In this document: positions 49,123 to 57,250 of the stretch, one piece after another
Position numbering within the stretch: position 1 is the first letter of the stretch
Layout of the letters: every line of letters starts with the position of its first letter
IMG/VR virus record: IMGVR_UViG_3300043411_000942
Coordinates: 168,938-232,937 of that record
Direction: 5' to 3' (one strand)
DNA length: 64,000 bases
Notes under the pieces: model-generated
Told to the model about the DNA's origin: nothing
The model's input: the letters and a program-made list of their open reading frames with translations, nothing else
Databases searched by the model: none
Position numbers and translations under genes: made by a program

Positions 49123-49719
49123 ATGGCTGATCATGCGGTTGACGCAACTTTAGCGGGAGATTCCACTCAGGTGGCGGATGCGGTCATGCTATATGCTGGA
49201 GGGGCAGTAGCTGTAACTGGAGCGGCTGACCTTGTAGCTCCTAACCTACTCTGGGAACTAGGTACAACGCCTCTAGTAGGCGATGCCTCCGTGGCATCGG
49301 ACTTCATTCTTTCTCTTGCAATTGACTCCTCCTTCGGGGGTGGGGCAGACGTCACGGCCCCAAATCTACTTGCATGTATGGATGCCACCCTTACGGGTGG
49401 GGCTGACCTGACTGCCTCCTTCACAATTCTTTTGAGTGCTGCTCTACTCGCAGACGGCTCAGGTTTGACTGTTGGAGACCTACTCACTATCTATGGAGTT
49501 AGTGCGGCATTGGAAGGTGTCGCAGACTTCCCTCAGGTCGAGCTAACTCTGATGGCACACCCTGGGACAGTGGCTACTAAGCCCATTGCAAACTCGGGAG
49601 CCACTCTTCAACAATTCATTGATGCGACTGGCTCTAGTAAGGCTTCTCAGAAAACTCAGCCCGTTAGCCACCCTGTGGTCGACCCAAACCCACCCAAGAA
49701 ACCTTTTGCACCACGTTAA
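49123..49719 (+). CDS. Ala/Gly/Asp-rich repeat virion protein
   Basis: M.DHAVDA.L.GD N-terminus shared with 50270; repeated L.G.AD units. Confidence 0.7.
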   Translation: MADHAVDATLAGDSTQVADAVMLYAGGAVAVTGAADLVAPNLLWELGTTPLVGDASVASDFILSLAIDSSFGGGADVTAPNLLACMDATLTGGADLTASFTILLSAALLADGSGLTVGDLLTIYGVSAALEGVADFPQVELTLMAHPGTVATKPIANSGATLQQFIDATGSSKASQKTQPVSHPVVDPNPPKKPFAPR

Positions 49720-49732
49720 GTAGGAGAAAACA

Positions 49733-50131
49733 ATGACTGCTAAGACTGACTATTTGGAGCTTCGTGTTCTTGACCGTGTTCTAAAGAACAACGCTCAATT
49801 CGTGTACTCTTTCCCAGCAACTGTGTATGCTTCGCTACACACTGCTGACCCAACAGATACTGGCTCTCTAGCAGCGGAAGCTGCTGGTGGCTCGTATGCC
49901 CGCGTTGCAATCAGCTGGGGTACCATCGCTTCGGGTTCGGTCGCGAACTCGTCCGCGATCACCTTCCCAGTTGCAACGGGAGCCTGGGGTACGATCACCC
50001 ACGTTGGTATCTGCGATGCGTTGACCACGGGTAACATGCTCTACAAGGGAGCCCTTGGTACCTCTAAGGTCGTTGGTAACGGCGACCAGGTCAGTTTCGC
50101 AATCGGAGCGCTAACTGTCTCTGAGGGGTGA
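49733..50131 (+). CDS. Phage tail/fibre-associated protein
   Basis: VYASLHTADP, SYARV, ITFP.A...WGTITH.GI.DA.T.GN.LY pattern common in phage virion proteins. Confidence 0.7.
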   Translation: MTAKTDYLELRVLDRVLKNNAQFVYSFPATVYASLHTADPTDTGSLAAEAAGGSYARVAISWGTIASGSVANSSAITFPVATGAWGTITHVGICDALTTGNMLYKGALGTSKVVGNGDQVSFAIGALTVSEG

Positions 50132-50149
50132 TTCTACCCTTTGGTTAGC

Positions 50150-50201
50150 ACCAAAAGCAGGAAACCATTCTGGGAAACCGGGATGGTTTTTTGCTTTTGG
50201 T
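50150..50201 (+). terminator. Long hairpin/terminator
   Basis: ACCAAAAGCAGGAAACCATTCTGG-GAAA-CCGGGATGGTTTTTTGCTTTTGGT. Confidence 0.7.
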
Positions 50202-50269
50202 ACCACCCATTAAACGTCTTATTCTTTCTGGTAGATGTCGGGTTGTTCGAGCTACTTCGGAGGTAACTA

Positions 50270-51355
50270 GTGGTTGATCATGCTGTCGATGCGAGCCTTC
50301 TTGGGGATGCTTCGGTAACCTCTGAGGCAGTTGCCATTTACGCCCTAGCCTCCTCCCCTACAGGGGATGCTACTCTTGGGGTAGTAGACCCTACTATTCA
50401 ATGGGCACTTGGGTCATCTCTTGCAGGAGATGCTACTCTTGGAGTAGTAGACCCTACCGTACAGTGGGCGCTTAATGCCTCCTTAGATGGAAGTGCTGAC
50501 GTTCTGATCATTCAGAATTTCCATGCAGTAGATGCTACACTTAGCGGGGATGCCGCACTAACAGCTAGCCTTACTGCTCAATGGGCGTTGGGTACATTGT
50601 CCCTCGATGCCGGAGCCACCCTTGGTGTAGTGGACCCTACAATCCAATGGGCGGTCGCAGCGACCCTTCTTGCAGATGGCACACTAGGGGTTGTAGACCC
50701 TACCCTACAAGGCGCCTTGGCCGCTACTCTATCGGGAGACGCCACCGTAACCTCTGATCTTGCCGGACAGTATCCGCTTGTCGTAACGTTCGCTGGGTCT
50801 GGGGACTTTGTTGCGACAATCCTACAGAACCCACTATTCGCAAGCCTAGATGCGTCTGCGGACCTGACAGCAGTACCTACCATGGTACTCTCCCCTTCGG
50901 CAATCCTGATTGGAGATGCATCGGTCACCTCCGCCCTGAACGTTTTCGTGGGTCCGGTTACAGCTCTGCGCTACGGGGTCCCAAGTAGGCGAGCTGAGGC
51001 GTCCAAGGTAGTCTTCGATCAACTAGACTTGTTCCTTGCAGACGGTAAGACTAGGGCCCAAGATGTTCCTGTCTCAGCTCTCTACCTCAGAGTCTACGTC
51101 AATGGTACACAGGCTGACTGGCCCTTGGTGTCAGGGGCTGGAGTCACGGATGTGCAGATCGCTGCGGGTAAGGTCTACTGGACGGAGTTCTCTACCGGGT
51201 TCTACAGTGTTCGATTCTTCCCCAACCAGATCGGTATCTGGCGGGTAATCCTGACCTACCCAATCTACGACCAAGCTGTATCGCTAAGCTATGATGTGGT
51301 ACCTCAAGTTGGGTTCCCAGGTGGTCTAGGTCTAAGGTCTTCTTTCATAGGTTGA
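50270..51355 (+). CDS. Repeat-rich virion protein
   Basis: Four TLGVVDPT(I/V/L)Q(W/G)A units; paralog of 49123. Confidence 0.75.
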   Translation: MVDHAVDASLLGDASVTSEAVAIYALASSPTGDATLGVVDPTIQWALGSSLAGDATLGVVDPTVQWALNASLDGSADVLIIQNFHAVDATLSGDAALTASLTAQWALGTLSLDAGATLGVVDPTIQWAVAATLLADGTLGVVDPTLQGALAATLSGDATVTSDLAGQYPLVVTFAGSGDFVATILQNPLFASLDASADLTAVPTMVLSPSAILIGDASVTSALNVFVGPVTALRYGVPSRRAEASKVVFDQLDLFLADGKTRAQDVPVSALYLRVYVNGTQADWPLVSGAGVTDVQIAAGKVYWTEFSTGFYSVRFFPNQIGIWRVILTYPIYDQAVSLSYDVVPQVGFPGGLGLRSSFIG

Positions 51356-51361
51356 GGGGAA

Positions 51362-51553
51362 ATGTCACATCAACTATTACAGGTCATTGATTGCGAGCAA
51401 ACAAGGGAAATTCGGTATGTGGATAACACCTTGATACCTAGCAGTCATATCAACAACTTCTTAAAGGTGATCAGCCCATCCGGTAAGGAGTACACTCTTC
51501 AGTGCTCAGAGGACCTCCTTGAGGAGTTGTTCCCAAGCCCAGTAGAGACTTGA
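51362..51553 (+). CDS. Small hypothetical protein
   Basis: GAGGGG RBS; 63 aa. Confidence 0.5.
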   Translation: MSHQLLQVIDCEQTREIRYVDNTLIPSSHINNFLKVISPSGKEYTLQCSEDLLEELFPSPVET

Positions 51554-51586
51554 TGCTCACCCTAGCCAACAAGGAATGGTAACTCT

Positions 51587-52066
51587 ATGGCCTTCCCAGG
51601 AGTGTTCAAACGAGGCTATATCTTCCAAAGAGGAGATCTACCTCTCTTCATTACGGACTCTAGTGGGAATGCGACCAACCCTTACAAGGTGACGTTCACT
51701 CTCTACTACCGTGCAGGTAATAGTCCGTGTGAGCTTCAGGTTGGACCTATAGACCGAACCCCCGTTCAAGCTAAGATTGGGGAGTACTATGTCTCTGGGG
51801 TTGCTGGGGAGTGCGGTCAGCCGGGCCAGTGGTACGTAGAGTGGAAGTACCAGGAGTCTTTCGGGTCTCAGTGGGTGTCCGATAAGATGGGGTTCAGTGT
51901 GTTTGAGACGACCCAATTCGCACCAGTAACCTACACAAGTTACCCTTGCGGCTGTGGAAACTCTTCGGGATGTGGATGCACGATTGCCAACCCCCGTGGA
52001 GGGTGTCAGTGGGGCTGTCGAAACTCTTGTCTCCAAGTGTCCTCTTGCGGAAAGTATGGGTGGTGA
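51587..52066 (+). CDS. Virion protein with Cys/Gly-rich tail; paralog of the 52070 N-extein
   Basis: RG....R.DL.LF.T..SG...N, RTP.....GEYY and W..QE..G are shared with 52070. Confidence 0.7.
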   Translation: MAFPGVFKRGYIFQRGDLPLFITDSSGNATNPYKVTFTLYYRAGNSPCELQVGPIDRTPVQAKIGEYYVSGVAGECGQPGQWYVEWKYQESFGSQWVSDKMGFSVFETTQFAPVTYTSYPCGCGNSSGCGCTIANPRGGCQWGCRNSCLQVSSCGKYGW

Positions 52067-52069
52067 GTC

Positions 52070-52549
52070 ATGGGCGTAGGTCTTCTTAGGGGTCAGCAGT
52101 TGGGTAGGGAGGACTTGAACCTTTTCCTGACCAATGCTTCCGGACACCCCGTCAATGCAGCAGAGATAAGCTACGCTATCTACGACTTCACTACTGGACT
52201 AGAGGTCTTGGTTGGGAGCAATCAGCGAACCCCTCTAAATCCAACAGTAGGGGAGTACTACGCGAGTATCATTATCCCTTTGGATGCGAACTTGGGTGAG
52301 TACCGTATACGTTGGGCAATCCAAGAGCTAATTGGTGGCCCACTCCAGACCGTAGTTCAAGAGTTTAGCGTTCAAGACCGAGATATGGTCATGCCAACGT
52401 GCTTCACTCCTACTCAAACAGACCTGATTCGCAGATTGCGAATGGTTCTCAGAGACCAGTGTGTCGGAGGTGAGGAGCTTGTTGAGTTAGATGTGGATGG
52501 TGAACTTATGCTTGTTAGATTGGACGAGCTTTGGGGGGCTATTCAGTGA
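52070..52549 (+). CDS. N-terminal part of a fractured virion (neck/head-completion-like) gene: 130-aa N-extein + IntN
   Basis: Ends LRDQ|CVGGEELVELDVDGELMLVRLDELWGAIQ*, an intein block A-like segment. Confidence 0.85.
   Translation: MGVGLLRGQQLGREDLNLFLTNASGHPVNAAEISYAIYDFTTGLEVLVGSNQRTPLNPTVGEYYASIIIPLDANLGEYRIRWAIQELIGGPLQTVVQEFSVQDRDMVMPTCFTPTQTDLIRRLRMVLRDQCVGGEELVELDVDGELMLVRLDELWGAIQ
52460..52546 (+). mobile_element. Split intein N-fragment (29 aa)
   Basis: Cys1 with C-h-x-G-E-x-x-V pattern and v.l.EL(W) motif; 8 acidic residues versus 1 basic. Confidence 0.8.
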
Positions 52550-53433
52550 CGGTTCTCCTCCAATTATTGGCAAAGCATGGTATCAGTTTAGATGCCTTCG
52601 TAAAGAAAGGTCGTCCCCCACTGGGAGTTAGGGAGAAGAGGGCTTTAATTGTCACGGAGCTACACCTATCTGGGTACTCTTGGGCCGAGATGTGTCAAAT
52701 CACTGGATTAGGTAATGCTGCTATTCAGAACCTATCTAGAGCAAAGGGGTGCGCTGCGGTAGTTAGAAAACGCAAGGAACTAGGTAGGAATGTTGGGTTG
52801 TCTTGGGCTGGTAATACAAGACCAGGTCAGTTAGAGAAGCAGTGGGCTAGAGGGGATTTCGACCGGCTTAGGGGCCGTATTAGACCAAAAGAAGAGAGAG
52901 CAGCTTTAGTTCGTGGTTGGACTCCAGAGAAACGAGCAGCAGCGTCAGTACGAAGTTTGAAGTTATGGCAAAGTCCAAAAGTTAGGGGTCACCTATTAGG
53001 TTTTCACCGTGACCCACTTGAGCGTAGTAGACGATCGAAGTTGCAAGTTGTGCGCATGCTCCAAACTCCTACAACCTACCTAAGGGGTAAGTTTGATTGG
53101 GTACCTACCCCAAAAGGGATAAGCTCCAAAGCAAGAGTTCGGTCGTCCTATGAAGCTGCGGCAATATCTGTACTTGAGGCTGATGTAACGGTAGCTAAGT
53201 ACAGCTATGAGTTAGTCTTTATGGTTGAAGGTGGTAGGTGGATAATACCCGACTTCCTTGTAGAGTACTCAACTGGAATTACAACTCTAGTTGAGGTAAA
53301 AGCGTCTTGGGTTTTGAGTCTGCCGAGTGATCACAAGGTTAAGCAAAGACTTGAGTTATCCCGTCGACTAGCTGAGCAGAACAACTGGCACTTCGAGATT
53401 TGGACAGAAAAGGAGCTGCGTAATGCTCTCTGA
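52546..53433 (+). CDS. Free-standing TnsA-like PD-(D/E)XK endonuclease between the intein halves
   Basis: Start moved to GTG 52546 (GTGA overlap); N-terminal HTH, basic linker, RSSYE, PDFLVEY, LVEVKA, W.FEIWTEKEL. Confidence 0.8.
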   Translation: MTVLLQLLAKHGISLDAFVKKGRPPLGVREKRALIVTELHLSGYSWAEMCQITGLGNAAIQNLSRAKGCAAVVRKRKELGRNVGLSWAGNTRPGQLEKQWARGDFDRLRGRIRPKEERAALVRGWTPEKRAAASVRSLKLWQSPKVRGHLLGFHRDPLERSRRSKLQVVRMLQTPTTYLRGKFDWVPTPKGISSKARVRSSYEAAAISVLEADVTVAKYSYELVFMVEGGRWIIPDFLVEYSTGITTLVEVKASWVLSLPSDHKVKQRLELSRRLAEQNNWHFEIWTEKELRNAL

Positions 53434-53818
53434 TATACAACGAAGTAGGGTAAGGGCGGCCTTTACTGTAGGAAAGCTCAAGGTCAGATCCGTATCCCCT
53501 AGCGGGAGTATGGAATGGAAACGGGTTGTTGATGTGCAACGAGCTGAAGTCCCATGGGAGACTATCTACGAAGTAAGCTCAGACTTAGGATCAATGGTTT
53601 TGACTAGTGGTCACCGAGTTTTCACTTCTCCTGTAACCAAGACGGAAACTTCGAAACTTTGCCATGGGGTAAGATTACTGTCCGTGGTAGGCAGTTTAGT
53701 TAGTTCCTCAACCGTGGTAAGTGTGCAACAGATTGCTAGCCGACAGTTCATGTACGACTTAACAGCTGAAGATTGGCATAACTTTGTGCTATTTAGGTCT
53801 AAGAGTGTCATTAGCAAC
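53423..53818 (+). mobile_element. Split intein C-fragment (132 aa, no endonuclease domain)
   Basis: Has blocks B, F and G but no block A; terminal Asn followed by Ser. Confidence 0.85.
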
Positions 53819-54319
53819 TCCCCTGACAAGTTTTACAAGTTCCGGCCTCCAGCTCATGAGGAAACGGTCAACCAATTCAGTCGGGTGTTTGGTTATATCT
53901 GGGAGGACGCAGAGTTGCTAGAGTATCTTGAGAGGTCTCTAGACATGATCATTGCGTCCCCTCCTAGGACCCCATTCAATGGCATTGACCAGATGACTCA
54001 GATCCGACCAGAGTGGAGGACGCTCCTCATCACGGGTGGGATGTTCTGGGCACTTCAAGCCCTGCAAATTAACTGGACGGCAGATGAGTTCTCGTACTCG
54101 ATCGGCGGGATCTCCCTAGACTTAGACAAGTCAAGTAAGTATGACACCCTGAAACAAGGTGCAAGCGACCAGTTCGATAAGCAACTTGAGAAGGCCAAAG
54201 CGACCGTCAAGTTCATCAAGGGGCTACAGCAGCCTAAGTACGGGATGGGCGTGCGCAGCGCCTTCGGCCCGTTCCAAAGTAGGGGCGCTATATCTCCGCG
54301 AAAATTCATGGGAATTTAG
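53423..54319 (+). CDS. C-terminal part of the fractured gene: 132-aa IntC + 166-aa C-extein
   Basis: AGGAG RBS; block B LTSGHRVF, block F MYDLTAEDWHNFVL, block G VISN|S; extein SPDKFYKFRPP...DEFSYSIGGISLDLDKSSKY. Confidence 0.88.
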   Translation: MLSDIQRSRVRAAFTVGKLKVRSVSPSGSMEWKRVVDVQRAEVPWETIYEVSSDLGSMVLTSGHRVFTSPVTKTETSKLCHGVRLLSVVGSLVSSSTVVSVQQIASRQFMYDLTAEDWHNFVLFRSKSVISNSPDKFYKFRPPAHEETVNQFSRVFGYIWEDAELLEYLERSLDMIIASPPRTPFNGIDQMTQIRPEWRTLLITGGMFWALQALQINWTADEFSYSIGGISLDLDKSSKYDTLKQGASDQFDKQLEKAKATVKFIKGLQQPKYGMGVRSAFGPFQSRGAISPRKFMGI

Positions 54320-54337
54320 TTTTTCACCGTATCGAGG

Positions 54338-54366
54338 TTGACTTTTCCGTTGTGCCGATCCATACT
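54338..54366 (+). promoter_or_regulatory. Sigma70-type promoter, leaderless, for the downstream endonuclease
   Basis: TTGACT-17 nt-CATACT; ATG 54374 follows 7 nt later. Confidence 0.6.
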
Positions 54367-54373
54367 TAGGTCA

Positions 54374-55762
54374 ATGCCAAATAAGGGTCGTTGTGCCTGT
54401 CCTGCGTGTGGGAAGAACCTAGCCCCAAAGAGTATTCACGCTCACACTCTTGAGTGCGTTGATTGGAAGACAAAGTACGGTGACCCGTACCCGTACTTCA
54501 AGTTCAATGGTACCCCACACCAATACTCTGACGTAGCTCAGGAGGGCATTGACTATGTTCGATGTCGAGTGTGTCTTGAGTATGGGTGGGACTTTCGGTT
54601 CAAGCGCATGATGGATCACCTTAAAGGGGTCCACGGTCTTAGTGAGGCTCAGTATCTGCTGAGGTTCCCTGCGGCTCTAGTAAGGTTGCAGTCTACCCTA
54701 AGTAAGAGGCAGGGAACGGTACAGGGTAGGTTTGGAGTTAGTAACGTTTTTCAAGCTGACGTAGTTAAAGCTAAGTCCAAAGCTTCTTTGCTTGAGCGTC
54801 ATGGGGTAACCAGTCCGATTCAAGCTAGTTCGGTACGAGCAAAGATCGATGCTACGAATCTTGCTCGTTACGGGGTGACTAACCCTTTTGCCTCCTCAGA
54901 GGTGAAACAACGCATTCGAGCCACCAACCTAGAGCGATTCGGCGTCGAGAACCCTAACCAAGCTCCTGAAATTATACAACAACGTATAGCTACTAACCAG
55001 GAGCGGTACGGTGCAGATCACTATCTTGAGACTCCCGAGTTCAAAGAGAAGTTCAAGGCAACTTCTTTGGAGAGGTACGGCACTGTGCATCCTATGCAGT
55101 CCCCAGAGGGTAGGTTACCTTGTGAGACTAGTATGCTTGCTAGTCTTGGTGTTACCTACCCATTTCGATCTGATGCTGTACAAAGTAAGGCCTACGCAAC
55201 ATCCGTTGCGAACCATGGGGGGCAGCACCATCTCTCAGACCCAGCAATCATTGAGGCACGGAAGCAGCACCTAATGGAGCTTTACGGAGTTGACAACATC
55301 TCTAAGGTACCAGCGGTTAAAGAGAGGATCATCGCCAAGATTAAGGAGCGGTTTCGAGACGGAGCTATCCCACGAATTACGACTCCAGAGAGGGTATTTA
55401 GAGACCTTGTACCTGAGCGTGTGGTGTATTCTGGGGACTTTGAGTACTGGGTAACGTGGGCAAATGGGAGACGTAAGAATCCTGACTTTGTGGTACTAAC
55501 CGAGGAGCAGTACGCAGCGTATAGGGCTGGGGTCCCTTTGGGAGACCTACGGACCTACCTTGTGGTTGAGGTCAATGGTGTTTGGTGGCATACTAAGCAC
55601 AAGAACATGACGCGCGAGGCTAGGGAGAAAGAGTTTGTAGACGGCTACGCTTCAGTTGGTGTGAGTTGTTTGGTTGTTTGGGAGGACGATCTAGAAACCA
55701 AACCAGAGTCTATTCAGCAGCAGGTCAGCGCGTTTCTTGTGCAACCGAAGGTTAGAGGTTAA
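54374..55762 (+). CDS. Homing-endonuclease-like protein: Zn fingers, (Y/F)GV.NP repeats, Vsr/DUF559-like nuclease
   Basis: CxxC..H...C and CxxC...H...H fingers; repeats such as TNLERFGVENP; C-terminal NPDF, VEVNGVWWH, LVVWEDDL. Confidence 0.8.
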   Translation: MPNKGRCACPACGKNLAPKSIHAHTLECVDWKTKYGDPYPYFKFNGTPHQYSDVAQEGIDYVRCRVCLEYGWDFRFKRMMDHLKGVHGLSEAQYLLRFPAALVRLQSTLSKRQGTVQGRFGVSNVFQADVVKAKSKASLLERHGVTSPIQASSVRAKIDATNLARYGVTNPFASSEVKQRIRATNLERFGVENPNQAPEIIQQRIATNQERYGADHYLETPEFKEKFKATSLERYGTVHPMQSPEGRLPCETSMLASLGVTYPFRSDAVQSKAYATSVANHGGQHHLSDPAIIEARKQHLMELYGVDNISKVPAVKERIIAKIKERFRDGAIPRITTPERVFRDLVPERVVYSGDFEYWVTWANGRRKNPDFVVLTEEQYAAYRAGVPLGDLRTYLVVEVNGVWWHTKHKNMTREAREKEFVDGYASVGVSCLVVWEDDLETKPESIQQQVSAFLVQPKVRG

Positions 55763-55763
55763 T

Positions 55764-56030
55764 ATGACTCTCAAATCCAGATCAAACAACGTCGACATTA
55801 CACCAGCGGAAGCCTTTGAGAAGCAGGTCTCTGGGATCGCCAACACTCTCGCAGAGATCGACTGCGGCGCGATCCACGGCGGCAACTGGCGCTTGCCGTG
55901 TCAAATCTGCATCGGTCGAGAGCGGGACCTTGGGAAGCAACTCCTGAGCGCAATCCAGGACGAGTCGGTTCGGAGGATGGTGCAGCGAGGACACGATGCA
56001 CGCGATGGGAACAAAAAGCGAGGCCCATGA
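55764..56030 (+). CDS. Small hypothetical protein
   Basis: GAGG RBS before ATG 55764. Confidence 0.5.
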   Translation: MTLKSRSNNVDITPAEAFEKQVSGIANTLAEIDCGAIHGGNWRLPCQICIGRERDLGKQLLSAIQDESVRRMVQRGHDARDGNKKRGP

Positions 56031-56054
56031 CGCTGCTTGGTGTATACCCTGTCA

Positions 56055-56524
56055 ATGCAACTGACTTGGGCTACCTACTGGCACCTGAACGAGCTTCAAC
56101 GCGAGGAAGTCTCTTTCCATGTGAAGGGTAAGCATGTCCATGACCTTGGAGCTGGAAACGGTAACCTCATCTTCGGCAAATTTGCCGTAGGGCTAAGGTT
56201 GTGATATACTTGGGGAAGAACACAGATGGTTCCGCATGTGGCCAACCGGAGTTCTTTGACGACCAGCTCTATCGAGAGCTTCTTGCCTACCATAGCGATC
56301 GATTCAACACGCTTGTAGTCGTGGGTGGTGTAAGAGATCTCAAACGTACCCCGATGGGGGAGGAGCTAGCTGGGCTCAACCTTAACTCAGGTCCAGTAAT
56401 GTACTACGACCAAGTGGAGAGAGGAAGAGAAGTGCCTGTAACTCATCGGAGCAATTACGATTTTCTTCCTACGCTCCACGTAGATCAAGTCAAGTGGGAG
56501 GGCGAGTGTGAGGGGGAGCAATGA
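56055..56524 (+). pseudogene. Possibly disrupted SAM-methyltransferase-like gene
   Basis: 56055..56204 encodes VHDLGAGNG (motif I-like); a plausible continuation LRQICRRAKVVIYLGKNTDG lies in another frame (56201..56524). Confidence 0.35.
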
Positions 56525-56853
56525 GGCGAGACATTTCAGCTGACTCGAAAGCCACCCACTACTGCAAGTATTGCGGGTTAACAATGCAACCCGACGACGT
56601 GATCGAGTGCCCGGTGTGCGACGGTGACTTGTGTGATCCAAAAAAGCGCGAACCTGAGGCGGCAACTACCACCTACCAGAGCAGGTACGAGGGTGTTCAA
56701 CGAGCAATTCAAACCCCAGAGGATGCACTCAAGAAGGCTCAGGAGTGCGTCCCAAGTCTAAAGGGTGCCAGCGTAACTAACCTTGCGGATGTGCAAGCTG
56801 CCCTTGTCACCTTAGCTCGTAAGGTGCTAGAGTTAGAGTACGAGTGGAGCTAA
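56521..56853 (+). CDS. Zinc-ribbon hypothetical protein
   Basis: CKYC...CPVC; GGGGGAG RBS. Confidence 0.6.
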   Translation: MRRDISADSKATHYCKYCGLTMQPDDVIECPVCDGDLCDPKKREPEAATTTYQSRYEGVQRAIQTPEDALKKAQECVPSLKGASVTNLADVQAALVTLARKVLELEYEWS

Positions 56854-56854
56854 G

Positions 56855-57043
56855 ATGCCAACCTACGAATACATTTGTACGTCTTGTGAGAAGGAGTGGG
56901 AGCAATTCCAGTCTATTACTGAGCCTCCCACACAGGAGTGCTTACACTGTCAAGCACCTACTGCGAAGAGGGTGATTAGTAAGGGCACTGGGTTCCAGCT
57001 CATGGGTAAGGGTTGGGCAGCTGACAACTACTCAAAGGATTGA
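56855..57043 (+). CDS. FmdB-family zinc-ribbon protein
   Basis: MPTYEYICTSC...FQSI....CLHC...KRVIS...F.L.GKGW. Confidence 0.85.
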   Translation: MPTYEYICTSCEKEWEQFQSITEPPTQECLHCQAPTAKRVISKGTGFQLMGKGWAADNYSKD

Positions 57044-57250
57044 GTGATGGAGCAATCTACGCTAATGTGCCCCCAGCATCCCGAGGAAGGACTCCTCAGG
57101 GAAGAGTACGGACCTGATGGTCGAACAGGGTTTTGCCTTAAGTGCTTACAGCATTACAAGCTCTGCAACGCTGTCCAGTACATGAGTAAATGCAATGACC
57201 TCCTAGGGCACCCTGGGAAGCATGTTGATAGTCGGGGGTCCAGATGGTAA
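57044..57250 (+). CDS. Small Cys/His-rich protein
   Basis: CPQH, CLKC, C....GHPGKH. Confidence 0.55.
   Translation: MMEQSTLMCPQHPEEGLLREEYGPDGRTGFCLKCLQHYKLCNAVQYMSKCNDLLGHPGKHVDSRGSRW

Noticed and set aside
52546-53433. Tn7-like transposon
   Set aside because: No TnsB, TnsC or TniQ genes and no terminal repeats; only an isolated TnsA-like nuclease domain.
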